Shown piece after piece: positions 46,725 to 56,809 of a stretch of 64,000 bases of DNA; the stretch's first letter is position 1, and each line of letters starts with the position of its first letter. The position numbers and the translations under genes were made by a program. The notes beneath the pieces were generated by a model. The model saw only the letters and a program-made list of their open reading frames with translations. It made no database searches and was not told the origin of the DNA. Source of the stretch: a bacterium (GTDB lineage: Bacteria > Electryoneota > RPQS01); assembly GCA_016702305.1 (NCBI GenBank), contig JADJEH010000001.1, forward strand, positions 312,077-376,076. Reading direction: 5' to 3'.

Positions 46725-47932
46725 CGCTGCTGACAGCGTTGGCCTTCGCCCAACGACCGCGCCACACGGATGGCCCGGAGGCCCGCGGCTTTCGCTGCTC
46801 CTCCGGTCAGCGCTTGTCGTCCGACCCTGATAGCGCCCTCGTTTTCGTCGCGCTTTCCGTCCCCTACGACAATTTGACCTTCGTCCGCGGACAATCGAGC
46901 GCGTTCATCGCCCGCTTCGAAGCGTCGTTCGCGCTCTTTGACGAAGCCGATAACCTCGTCGCCGAACGCAGCCTCGACATTGACGTCCACACCGATTCTT
47001 TTGAAGAAACCAACAGCCGCACGCTGAATGCCGTGCGCACCGAAGAGTTCTTCATCAAACCCGGCGAGTACGCCGTCTCCGTCACAATCACCGACCGCGA
47101 AACCAAGAGCAAGCGCCGCTGGCAGGGCGACGTCTCCGCCGCGCTGATGGACTCGCTGCTCTCCGTTTCCGACCTGTATTGGCTCGACGCCGACTCGCTG
47201 CATGACCAGCCGCTCGTGCCGCGCGTCCTTGAGAACTTCTCCAATCGGGACGAGCCCGCGCGCGTTGGCATTGATCTCGTCAGCGTCGCCCGGGACACCT
47301 TAACGATCACGTGGACCGTCACCGGCGAAAACAACCAGCCCGTTGCCACGCGCAGCGAACGCGTCTATCCCACGGGCACGGTCGAACATATCGAATACGA
47401 TGTCGTCCTGGCCAATCTGCCCGTGCAGAAATACAAAATCGCCTTCGAGGCTCTGGGCTTCGGCCGCCGCGAAGCGCGAACCATCACGTTTACAGTCAAT
47501 ATCCCCGGCGTCCCCGCGACGATAACGGATCTCGGCGAAGCCATTCGTCAAGTGAAGTACATCGCTACTGCCGAAGAAAACCGGCGCCTGCGCTCCGCTT
47601 CGATGGTGGACCGCGAACAGCTCTTTCGCGAATTCTGGAAACGCCGCGATCCGTCGCCAGAGACGCCGCGCAACGAACTCATGGAAGAGTACTACTTCCG
47701 CATTGACTACGCCGACGACAAGTACTCGACGCATCGCGCCGGCTGGGAAACCGATCGCGGCCGCGTCTTCATACTCTATGGCGAGCCCACCGACATCGAG
47801 CGGCATCCCTTTGAATCCGGTTCGCGACCCTACGAAATCTGGTTCTATCACAATTTGAATCGCCGCTTCGTGTTCGTGGACTACACCGGCTTCGGCGACT
47901 ATACGCTCGCCGGACCGCAGTGGGGGTATTGA
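46688..47932 (+). CDS. GWxTD-domain secreted protein
   Basis: A signal peptide MRKLSTACLVTLTLLTALAFAQ is present. The C-terminal ...HRAGWETDRGRVFILYGEPTDIER...YEIWFYHNLNRRFVFVDYTGFGDYTL carries the eponymous GWxTD motif (TIGR04514-like). Confidence 0.7.
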   Translation: MRKLSTACLVTLTLLTALAFAQRPRHTDGPEARGFRCSSGQRLSSDPDSALVFVALSVPYDNLTFVRGQSSAFIARFEASFALFDEADNLVAERSLDIDVHTDSFEETNSRTLNAVRTEEFFIKPGEYAVSVTITDRETKSKRRWQGDVSAALMDSLLSVSDLYWLDADSLHDQPLVPRVLENFSNRDEPARVGIDLVSVARDTLTITWTVTGENNQPVATRSERVYPTGTVEHIEYDVVLANLPVQKYKIAFEALGFGRREARTITFTVNIPGVPATITDLGEAIRQVKYIATAEENRRLRSASMVDREQLFREFWKRRDPSPETPRNELMEEYYFRIDYADDKYSTHRAGWETDRGRVFILYGEPTDIERHPFESGSRPYEIWFYHNLNRRFVFVDYTGFGDYTLAGPQWGY

Positions 47933-47936
47933 GTTC

Positions 47937-48878
47937 GTGTTGAATGCGCTCGCGCCCGGATCTGTCTTCGGTATCTCCGCACCCGCCGGTCCGGTCAAGC
48001 CCGAAAAACTCGAACGAGCCGTCGCCCATCTGCACGATTTGGGTTACCGCACCAAGCTCTCCCCAAACGTGTTGTCGCAGGACGGATTTCTCTCCGCACA
48101 CGATGACATTCGCTCGCGCGAGCTGCTCGCACTGTTCGCCGATCCTGAGGTCCACGCCGTCTGGAGTGCCCGTGGTGGAGTCGGCACGTCGCGCCTGCTT
48201 GCGGGGCTCGATCTCGGCGTCATTGCATCGTCCCGCAAACCGTTAATCGGCTTTTCAGATCTCACCGCCTTGCAATGGGCGCTCTGGGCCAAACTGCGGG
48301 CCGTCAGTTTCACGGGACCGCTCGCCGTTGAATTTGATGGTTCGCTTTCACCAGCTACGGAATCATGCGCCATGCGCGTGCTGGCGGGGGAGACCTTCAA
48401 CTTGTTGGACGGATTCTCAGTCAATCCACTCGAATTTTTGCGCGGCGGCGCCACCGAAATCATTGCGCCAGCCCTGCCCGGGAATTTGACGATGATCACG
48501 ACGCTGCTCGGCACGCCGTGGCTGCCAGACTTGCGCGGCGCTATGCTCTTCATCGAGGATGTCGCCGAGCCGCCTTATCGTGTGGATCGCCTGCTCTTTC
48601 ATCTGCGCAACGCGGGCGGTCTGCAGAATCTCGCGGCGCTGGTCGTCGGCGACTTTGGTTGGGATCCCAGTGATGACAAATCCCGCGCACAACTTCGCCA
48701 AAGCGTGCTCGACGCGACGCTCGGCACGAACTACCCGATCATTCTGAATTTCCCCTACGGACACGGCCGCGACCGCGTGACCTTACCTGTAGGCGGCGTG
48801 TTGCGCATGCGACTGGATGCCACGACGCCTGAATTGTCCATTGCTGTCTCACCATTCATTGCGCCAAATTTCGCCTGA
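47937..48878 (+). CDS. ldcA: LD-carboxypeptidase (peptidase S66, muramoyltetrapeptide carboxypeptidase-like)
   Basis: The S66 nucleophile motif is IGFSDLTAL. A His- and Glu-containing C-terminal domain is present. Confidence 0.75.
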   Translation: MLNALAPGSVFGISAPAGPVKPEKLERAVAHLHDLGYRTKLSPNVLSQDGFLSAHDDIRSRELLALFADPEVHAVWSARGGVGTSRLLAGLDLGVIASSRKPLIGFSDLTALQWALWAKLRAVSFTGPLAVEFDGSLSPATESCAMRVLAGETFNLLDGFSVNPLEFLRGGATEIIAPALPGNLTMITTLLGTPWLPDLRGAMLFIEDVAEPPYRVDRLLFHLRNAGGLQNLAALVVGDFGWDPSDDKSRAQLRQSVLDATLGTNYPIILNFPYGHGRDRVTLPVGGVLRMRLDATTPELSIAVSPFIAPNFA

Positions 48879-49495
48879 TGCGTATCGCCTACTTCGCTTC
48901 CGGCAGCGGTTCAACGTTCCAATTTCTGGTCGAAAGCGCCCGTACCGAACAGCTTCCCTGCGACCACGCGTTGCTGATCTGTTCCAACATGAATGCGTTC
49001 GCCTTGAGCCGGGCGCGTGAACTGGACGTTCCCGCCGAAGTAATTCGCCGCCGCGACTTCCCGTCGCCTGTGGAACACGGCCAGGCGCTGCTAAAAGCAT
49101 TGCGCACAGCGCAGTGCGATGCCATCTGTCTCTGCGGCTTTTTGGAGTTGATCCCACCTGCCGTCGTCCAGGCCTATCGGAATAAAATCGTCAACATCCA
49201 TCCGGCCCTGTTGCCTGCCTTCGGCGGCCACGGTATGTATGGAAAACGAGTCCACGAAGCCGTGTTGCAGTACGGTGCGCGCATCACCGGTGCCACCGTC
49301 CATTTCGTGGATGAGGAATACGATCATGGCCCGGTCATCGCACAGATTCCTGTACGCGTGGATCCCGCCGACACGCCGGACTCCCTCGCCGCTCGCGTGC
49401 AGGCCGCGGAAAAGAACCTCTACTTCGGCGCATTGCGCCTGCTTGTCCGCGACCGGCTGCGTATTCACGACCGTATCGTAACGATCCTACCCTAA
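48878..49495 (+). CDS. purN: phosphoribosylglycinamide formyltransferase
   Basis: MRIAYFASGSGS... is present. ...NIHPALLPAFGG... holds the catalytic His, and Asp follows. The product is about 205 aa. Confidence 0.9.
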   Translation: MRIAYFASGSGSTFQFLVESARTEQLPCDHALLICSNMNAFALSRARELDVPAEVIRRRDFPSPVEHGQALLKALRTAQCDAICLCGFLELIPPAVVQAYRNKIVNIHPALLPAFGGHGMYGKRVHEAVLQYGARITGATVHFVDEEYDHGPVIAQIPVRVDPADTPDSLAARVQAAEKNLYFGALRLLVRDRLRIHDRIVTILP

Positions 49496-49504
49496 TACAT
49501 TCTC

Positions 49505-51043
49505 ATGATCCCGATTCGCCGCGCTCTATTATCTGTCAGCGATAAGACTGGTCTCATTGAACTCGCGCAGGCCTTGCACGCCCACAACGTTGAGCTGATC
49601 GCTTCCGGCGGCACTGCCAAAGCGCTGCTTGATCACGGCCTGCCGGTCACCGAAGTCGCGCAATTCACCGGGCACCCTGAAGCGATGGAGGGACGTATCA
49701 AAACGCTGCATCCGCGCATTCATGGCGGCCTGCTCGCGCGGCGTGATCACACGGGTGACGACGCCGACATGCAGCGCCTGGGCCTCGATCCCATTGACCT
49801 GCTCGTCGTCAACTTCTATCCCTTCCAGCATACGCTTTCGTCGGGAAAATCCGCGGAAGAAATCAACGAGAACATTGATGTGGGCGGTCCTTCCATGGTG
49901 CGCGCCGCAGTCAAGAATCGTGCGCATGTTGCCATTCTTACGAATGTCGCGCAATACGCCGATTTTATCTCCGAGTTCAATGCGCAGCGCGGCGCCGTGT
50001 CCCCCGAGCTCGCGGACAAGCTGGGCCGCCATGCTTTCATGGAACTTGTCGCCTACGATGGCGCAATTGCCAACTGGCTGAACCCCGACGATTTCCAGGC
50101 CCTCGCGTTGCACAAGTCCCGCGCATTGCGCTATGGTGAGAATCCGCATCAGCAGGCCGCCCTCTATGCGCCATTCCACATTCCCGCCGCTGGACTCGTC
50201 GCCGCTGACAAGCTCTCGGGGAAGCAACTTTCCTACAACAACTTGCTCGACGCCGACGGCGCGCTCGCCTTGCTCGGAGAATTCTCCGAGTGCGCCTGCG
50301 TGATAATCAAGCATGTTACACCGTGCGGCGTTGGCTTGGGCGGTACGGTTGATCAAGCCATTGCCACGGCGCTCAAAACCGATCCGGTTTCGGCATTTGG
50401 AGGAATCGTCGCCGTCAATCGCACGTTCGACGAAACCGCCGCCCGGGCGTTGGCCGACATCTTCCTCGAGATCATCCTCGCGCCCGCGTTCACCGACAGC
50501 GCGCGCGAAATTCTCGCCAAGAAGAAAGCGCTGCGGCTCATCACCTACGATCAAGCCGCACTCGACTGCCGAGGAGTTGCCACGGAAGTTCGTGCCATAT
50601 GGGGCGGCTATCTTGTGCAAGACCGCGACAACGGCTTCCCCGAATGGGCCGACGCCAAAGTCGTCACGAAGCGCGCGCCGACCAACGCTGAACTCACTGC
50701 GCTCAAGCTTGGTTGGATAGTTGCAAAACACGTTCGTTCCAACGCCATTGTCTTCGCCTCAGCGACCGGAACACTCGGCATCGGCGCCGGACAGATGTCG
50801 CGTGTGGACTCGACGCGCTTCGCCGTACTGAAAGCTGAGTCCGCCAAGCTCGCGCTCGCCAATTCTGTTTGTGCGTCTGACGCCTTCTTCCCCTTCCGCG
50901 ACGGACTCGATCTCGTCGCGTCCGCCGGTGCCACCGCCGTTGTCCAGCCCGGCGGTTCTGTCCGCGATGAAGAAGTCATCACCGCCGCCGATGAACACAA
51001 TATCGCCATGCTCTTTACGGGCCGCCGCCACTTCAAACACTGA
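49505..51043 (+). CDS. purH: bifunctional AICAR transformylase / IMP cyclohydrolase
   Basis: An MGS-like N-domain is present (RALLSVSDKTGL...GGTAK). The AICARFT C-domain is present. The product is 512 aa. Confidence 0.95.
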   Translation: MIPIRRALLSVSDKTGLIELAQALHAHNVELIASGGTAKALLDHGLPVTEVAQFTGHPEAMEGRIKTLHPRIHGGLLARRDHTGDDADMQRLGLDPIDLLVVNFYPFQHTLSSGKSAEEINENIDVGGPSMVRAAVKNRAHVAILTNVAQYADFISEFNAQRGAVSPELADKLGRHAFMELVAYDGAIANWLNPDDFQALALHKSRALRYGENPHQQAALYAPFHIPAAGLVAADKLSGKQLSYNNLLDADGALALLGEFSECACVIIKHVTPCGVGLGGTVDQAIATALKTDPVSAFGGIVAVNRTFDETAARALADIFLEIILAPAFTDSAREILAKKKALRLITYDQAALDCRGVATEVRAIWGGYLVQDRDNGFPEWADAKVVTKRAPTNAELTALKLGWIVAKHVRSNAIVFASATGTLGIGAGQMSRVDSTRFAVLKAESAKLALANSVCASDAFFPFRDGLDLVASAGATAVVQPGGSVRDEEVITAADEHNIAMLFTGRRHFKH

Positions 51044-51053
51044 GCTTCATCTC

Positions 51054-51395
51054 ATGAGTTCCTGGCCACACCATCTCAAGCAACCGCTCTATGTTCGCCC
51101 CTCTTCCCGAGTGCGCTACATGGGCAAAAACTACATTGTTAAGCGTGACGTCAGCGGCGCCATTTACAGCCTCGTCGGCCGCATGACCCGCAAACTGCCG
51201 TCCCTCGCACAGGCCATCGCCGCCGCTGAAAATCAGAAACTGATCTGCACGTGGGGCGCCTACTACTCGATCTACGTTGCCGTGGATCGCGACGAACAGC
51301 CGCTGATTCTCGAGTATCTCTGGGAAGAAGAAAAGAAACGCGGCATCAATCCGCCCGATCTGGGCGCTGGAATCGTACTCTCCGACGAGGGTTGA
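51054..51395 (+). CDS. hypothetical protein (113 aa)
   Basis: This is a clean ORF filling the gap between purH and mreB: MSSWPHHLKQPLYVRPSSRV...KLICTWGAYYSIYVAVDRDEQPLILEYLWEEEKKRG.... I recognise no family. Confidence 0.4.
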   Translation: MSSWPHHLKQPLYVRPSSRVRYMGKNYIVKRDVSGAIYSLVGRMTRKLPSLAQAIAAAENQKLICTWGAYYSIYVAVDRDEQPLILEYLWEEEKKRGINPPDLGAGIVLSDEG

Positions 51396-51407
51396 TCCTC
51401 GTCTTAA

Positions 51408-52448
<1,041 letters not shown>

Positions 52449-52453
52449 TCCCA

Positions 52454-53293
52454 ATGTCGGTGCGCAATCGCCGCAGCGGCGGTACTCTGGAATGGACGGC
52501 CTTTCTCATCTGCGCGGCCATCTCGGTCGTGTTGCTGTTGACCAGCCCCAAACCCGGCGCGCGTGAGCTTAAAGACACCGCGTCCGATGTCGTCGGCTAT
52601 GCCGCCTCACCGTTGCATGCCGTCCGCCGCATTTTTTCAATCTGGTCCGACTTCGACATCCTCCAACAGCACGCTCTCACTCTCGGCAAAGAAAACGCCA
52701 AGCTTCGCGACGCGCTGATTGAGAATGAACGCCTGCGCGCGCTTCTCGAGTATCGTCAACGCAGCGATTACACGACTGTTCCCGCTTCCACCATCAGCGC
52801 TGTCGGTCCGGCGCTCGGCGGTCAGTTTCGCTTGGACCGCGGCCGCACTTCAGGTATAGAGCTTAACGCCGCCGTCATTACCCCCCTCGGTTTGGTCGGA
52901 AAGACCATTGAAGTCACCGACCACACCACGCTCGTGCAAACTCTGATTGGAAACAGCTACGGCGTTGCCGTCTTGCTGGAACGCACGCGCATGCGCGGCA
53001 TTCTGCGCTGGACAGGCCCCGATCAGTTCACTCTATCCGGTTTGCCGCAAGGTGTTGACGTCAAATCCGGCGATCTCGTCCTGACTTCCGGTTATGGTTC
53101 CGTTTTTCCCAAGGACATTCGCGTAGGCGTCATAACCGACGACCCTTCCGAACTCTCTATATATGGAGAGACTTGGCGTGTCCAGCCTTTTGTGGATTTC
53201 CGCACCGTAGAAGATGTCTTCATCGTGACTGGCACTGACTGGCCCGATCCATACGCCGGGCAAAACGATCCGCAGATTGAGGCACAGCCATGA
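52454..53293 (+). CDS. mreC: rod shape-determining protein MreC
   Basis: A TM anchor is followed by a coiled coil (ENAKLRDALIENERLRALL) and beta-barrel domains. The Met at 52454 is the preferred start; the ORF-track start at 52376 overlaps mreB. Confidence 0.85.
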   Translation: MSVRNRRSGGTLEWTAFLICAAISVVLLLTSPKPGARELKDTASDVVGYAASPLHAVRRIFSIWSDFDILQQHALTLGKENAKLRDALIENERLRALLEYRQRSDYTTVPASTISAVGPALGGQFRLDRGRTSGIELNAAVITPLGLVGKTIEVTDHTTLVQTLIGNSYGVAVLLERTRMRGILRWTGPDQFTLSGLPQGVDVKSGDLVLTSGYGSVFPKDIRVGVITDDPSELSIYGETWRVQPFVDFRTVEDVFIVTGTDWPDPYAGQNDPQIEAQP

Positions 53294-53769
53294 GCCCCAA
53301 ACTGCTGATCACCGCGCTTAGTCTGTTGATACTACAAGCCGGCCTGGGGCCGCTGCTTACCATCGGTTACGCCAGACCGTCATTCTTGCTCCCGTTCGCG
53401 GTCTTCGTCGGTTTGACGCTCGGCCCGCTCTGGGGCAGCGTAGCAGGCTTCCTGCTCGGACTTGCGATTGACGCCCTCGGCGGCCTGCCGTTGGGAATGT
53501 CCGCACTCGCCATGTGCATCGCCGGCTTCTTCTCCGCTAAACTCGCTGCCGACGCGCCGGTCCGCCTGTGGTGGCCGTGGACCGTTATGGTTCTGCTCTT
53601 TGCCTTCGTGCTCGAAGTCCTGCGGATGCTTCTGCTCGCGCGAGCGAATCAACTGCCGTTCCTGGGCCTCTTGCTCTGGAGCGGAATCCCGTCGGCACTC
53701 TGGACCACCGCTCTGGCCGTACTGTGGTTCCTGTCGCCCTTGCATAAGAGTGAAGGCGCGGCGCGATGA
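53290..53769 (+). CDS. mreD: rod shape-determining protein MreD
   Basis: This is a small polytopic membrane protein of 159 aa. It follows mreC directly with a 4-nt overlap. Confidence 0.75.
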   Translation: MSPKLLITALSLLILQAGLGPLLTIGYARPSFLLPFAVFVGLTLGPLWGSVAGFLLGLAIDALGGLPLGMSALAMCIAGFFSAKLAADAPVRLWWPWTVMVLLFAFVLEVLRMLLLARANQLPFLGLLLWSGIPSALWTTALAVLWFLSPLHKSEGAAR

Positions 53770-55607
53770 GTCAGCGCAACGAGATCCTCCGCGATGCCAG
53801 CTTCATCGCAGTCGGTCTGCTTGTCTTCGCAGTCCTGATCTACCGCTTGGTACAACTGCAAGTTGTGCAAGGCCCCGAGTATCGCGCGAAATCGGAAGAC
53901 AATCGCATTCGTTTCGTCGAAATGCTCGCGCCGCGCGGCGTTATTCGTGATCGCCATGGCTACCTGCTGGTCAGCAACCGCCCGAGCTACACCTGTTACG
54001 GCATTCCGCGCGATCTGTATAAAGACAGTCTCGCCGTGGAACAACTTGGCTTCGCCGTTGCGCGTGACCCTCGCGAAATCCGGGACGAACAACTCCGACC
54101 CTATCGCAGCTCCTTTCGGCCGCAGCGCCTCCGCCGCGACCTGCCTTACACCTTACTTGCCCGTTTCGAAGAGACTCGCGACCGCATCCCCGGCGCCTAT
54201 CTCGAAATCGAACCGAAGCGCTTTTATCCCGGCAATGTCGCCGCACACGCCATCGGTTATGTCGCCGAAATCTCCGACGACGAACTGAGCAAATATCCCG
54301 GCCTGCAATCCGGTGACCTGGTTGGCAAGCGCGGCCTTGAAAAGCTCTATGACAAAGACCTGCGCGGCGTCAAAGGCAATCGCCTGTCCGTCGTGGACGT
54401 TCATGGTCAAGAGGTGCACACCGAGCAAACCCTTGGCCGCATCGAGCCTGTTCCCGGTCAGGAACTCTGGACCAGCTTTGACATTCATGCGCAGCTTCTC
54501 GCCGAATCCTTGCTCGTAGATAAGATCGGTTCCGTCGTTGCCATGGACGTGCGCACCGGCGGAGTGGTCGTCATGGCCAGCGCGCCGACCTACGATCCTG
54601 ATATCTTCGCAGGTTCGATCTCCAGCACCGACTGGAATGCGCTGCTCAATGATCCCGAAAAGCCGATGCTGAACCGCTCGGTACAGACGATGTACCCGCC
54701 CGGCTCCACCATCAAACCCGCCATGCTCATTGAAGGCCTGGCCAGTGGTGTCATCAACACCTCGTGGGGCGTCTCCTGCCCCGGCAGCTTCACCTATGGC
54801 AATCGCACCTTTAAATGCTGGAAAAAGGGCGGACACGGCCACATTGATTGCGTGCAGTCGCTGGCCCAAAGCTGCGACGTGTTCTACTATAAACTCGGAT
54901 TGCTCCTCGGCGTTGACGGCATCAATCGCGCCTTCACGCGCTTTCACCTCGGGTCTGCCACGGGCATAGACCAAACAAGCGAAGCAGCGGGAAACGTTCC
55001 CTCGCGTGAATACTATGACAAACGCTACGGCCCGAACGGATGGTCCACGGGCTTCCTCGTCTCTGTGTCCATCGGCCAGGGGGAAATGCTCGCAACGCCG
55101 CTCCAACTCTGCGCGTTTACTGCCGCAATCGCCAATGACGGCGTGTGGAAACAACCATTTCTTGTGGATGGCGTCTACGATCCTTCGACCCATACCCTCA
55201 AGAAACGCGCACCCGCCGAAGATCGTCAGCCCGATGTTCCACTGTCCATCATCGAGATCGCTCAGAGGGGTATGACCGAAGTCGTCTGGGGACCGTCCGG
55301 CACCGCCCGCAAACAGCAGGACGATTCCTGTCGAATCGCGGGCAAAACCGGCACCGCGCAAAATGCCCACGGCGACGATCACGGTTGGTTCATCTGCTAC
55401 GGCCCCGTGGACAATCCGATGTACGCTTGCTGCGCGCTCATTGAATTCGGCAAAAGCGGCTCCGGTGCGGGCGGACCGGTAGCAGGCGAAGTCCTGCGCC
55501 AACTGATTCGCCGCGAACTCTATCCCGAACTTTACAAAGAGAAGAACGAGGAAGAGATCGAGGCCGAACCGCAGCTCGAACCTGTCGCGGAAAGTCGAAC
55601 GCCATGA
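53766..55607 (+). CDS. mrdA: penicillin-binding protein 2 (elongasome transpeptidase)
   Basis: The N-terminal dimerisation domain is followed by the transpeptidase SxxK (PGSTIKP), SxN, and KTGT (AGKTGTAQ). Confidence 0.9.
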   Translation: MSQRNEILRDASFIAVGLLVFAVLIYRLVQLQVVQGPEYRAKSEDNRIRFVEMLAPRGVIRDRHGYLLVSNRPSYTCYGIPRDLYKDSLAVEQLGFAVARDPREIRDEQLRPYRSSFRPQRLRRDLPYTLLARFEETRDRIPGAYLEIEPKRFYPGNVAAHAIGYVAEISDDELSKYPGLQSGDLVGKRGLEKLYDKDLRGVKGNRLSVVDVHGQEVHTEQTLGRIEPVPGQELWTSFDIHAQLLAESLLVDKIGSVVAMDVRTGGVVVMASAPTYDPDIFAGSISSTDWNALLNDPEKPMLNRSVQTMYPPGSTIKPAMLIEGLASGVINTSWGVSCPGSFTYGNRTFKCWKKGGHGHIDCVQSLAQSCDVFYYKLGLLLGVDGINRAFTRFHLGSATGIDQTSEAAGNVPSREYYDKRYGPNGWSTGFLVSVSIGQGEMLATPLQLCAFTAAIANDGVWKQPFLVDGVYDPSTHTLKKRAPAEDRQPDVPLSIIEIAQRGMTEVVWGPSGTARKQQDDSCRIAGKTGTAQNAHGDDHGWFICYGPVDNPMYACCALIEFGKSGSGAGGPVAGEVLRQLIRRELYPELYKEKNEEEIEAEPQLEPVAESRTP

Positions 55608-56809
55608 GCCGCGGGAAATTCTCCGACCTCTGGCTGCTCGTCGCCATCCTCGTGTTGCTCGCCGTCGGCCTGTTAGCTAATTTCTCAACGAGTATCGCCG
55701 ACGGATCCGGCCTCTACCAGAAACAGTTCTTCTGGATCGGCATCGGCTCCGCGATTGCTTTGGCGATCCTGTCCGTGCCGCTGCGCTTCTTCGAGATGCT
55801 CTCCTACATCTTTTACGGCGTCTCGATCGTCAGCCTCCTCTTGGTCCTTGCCGTCGGCTCGACGCACAAGGGCGCGACCAGTTGGTTCGTCTTCGGCTCC
55901 GTGCAATTGCAACCCTCCGAATTCGCCAAAGTCGCCACGCTGCTCGCCGTCGCCAGATTGCTCGCCGAGCATCCTCGCGATTTAGATCGCTTCTGGCTGT
56001 TCGCCGTCGCCTGTATCATGACCGTCGTGCCCATGGCCTTGATTCTCGTCCAGCCCGACCTTGGCACGGCCTTGATTTTTCCCGTTATGCTCTTTGTCCT
56101 GCTGACATGGGCAGGTGTCGCGCCGCAATACATCCTCCTGATGTTTATGCCGGTCGCCGCCGTGCTGACGGTCTGGAGCATGCCGCTGCATATCATTGTC
56201 TTGCTGCTTCTGGTCGCCATTGCCTACGTCTCCATCCGCCGCCTGCCGTGGGTTGCCGCGCTGACCGGACTCTACCTGTTCTTTGGCACGTTGACCCCTA
56301 AGCTCTGGAGCAAACTCGAACCGCATCAGCAGCGCCGCATCACGACCTTCCTTGATCCCGAGGCTGATCCGCTCGGCGCAGCGTATCAGTTGATTCAATC
56401 AAAAATCGCCGTCGGCTCCGGCGGCTTGCTCGGCAAAGGTTTCCTGAACGGCACCCAGACGCAGTTGCAATTCCTGCCCGAGGGCCACAACGACTTCATC
56501 TTCTCGGCCTTCGCCGAAGAGTGGGGTTTCGTCGGCGCCGTCATCGTCGTCGTCGCGTTTCTCGTCTTCTACTATCGCGGTATCGCCATCGCGTCCAAGT
56601 GCCACTCGAGCTTCCATTCGCTCGTCGCAATCGGAGTCGTCGGCACCATCATCTTTCAGGCCCTGACCAATCTCCTGATGACCGTCGGGCTTCTGCCCGT
56701 CACCGGTTTGCCCTTGCCGCTGGTCAGCTATGGCGGAAGTTCAATGTTGGTGACGCTCGCCATGGTCGGCCTGCTCTTTAGCGCGGCATTGCGGTGGCGC
56801 GAGTACTAA
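55604..56809 (+). CDS. rodA: peptidoglycan glycosyltransferase RodA (SEDS family)
   Basis: The protein has ten TM segments. SEDS motifs are present (...QPSEFAK..., ...DFIFSAFAEEWGF..., ...GLLPVTGLPLPLVSYGGSS...). Confidence 0.9.
   Translation: MSRGKFSDLWLLVAILVLLAVGLLANFSTSIADGSGLYQKQFFWIGIGSAIALAILSVPLRFFEMLSYIFYGVSIVSLLLVLAVGSTHKGATSWFVFGSVQLQPSEFAKVATLLAVARLLAEHPRDLDRFWLFAVACIMTVVPMALILVQPDLGTALIFPVMLFVLLTWAGVAPQYILLMFMPVAAVLTVWSMPLHIIVLLLLVAIAYVSIRRLPWVAALTGLYLFFGTLTPKLWSKLEPHQQRRITTFLDPEADPLGAAYQLIQSKIAVGSGGLLGKGFLNGTQTQLQFLPEGHNDFIFSAFAEEWGFVGAVIVVVAFLVFYYRGIAIASKCHSSFHSLVAIGVVGTIIFQALTNLLMTVGLLPVTGLPLPLVSYGGSSMLVTLAMVGLLFSAALRWREY

Noticed and set aside
49529-50731. 400-aa minus-strand ORF
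   Set aside because: It is antisense to purH. No motifs.
54153-55502. 449-aa minus-strand ORF
   Set aside because: It is antisense to mrdA (PBP2), whose SxxK/SxN/KTG motifs are intact on the plus strand.
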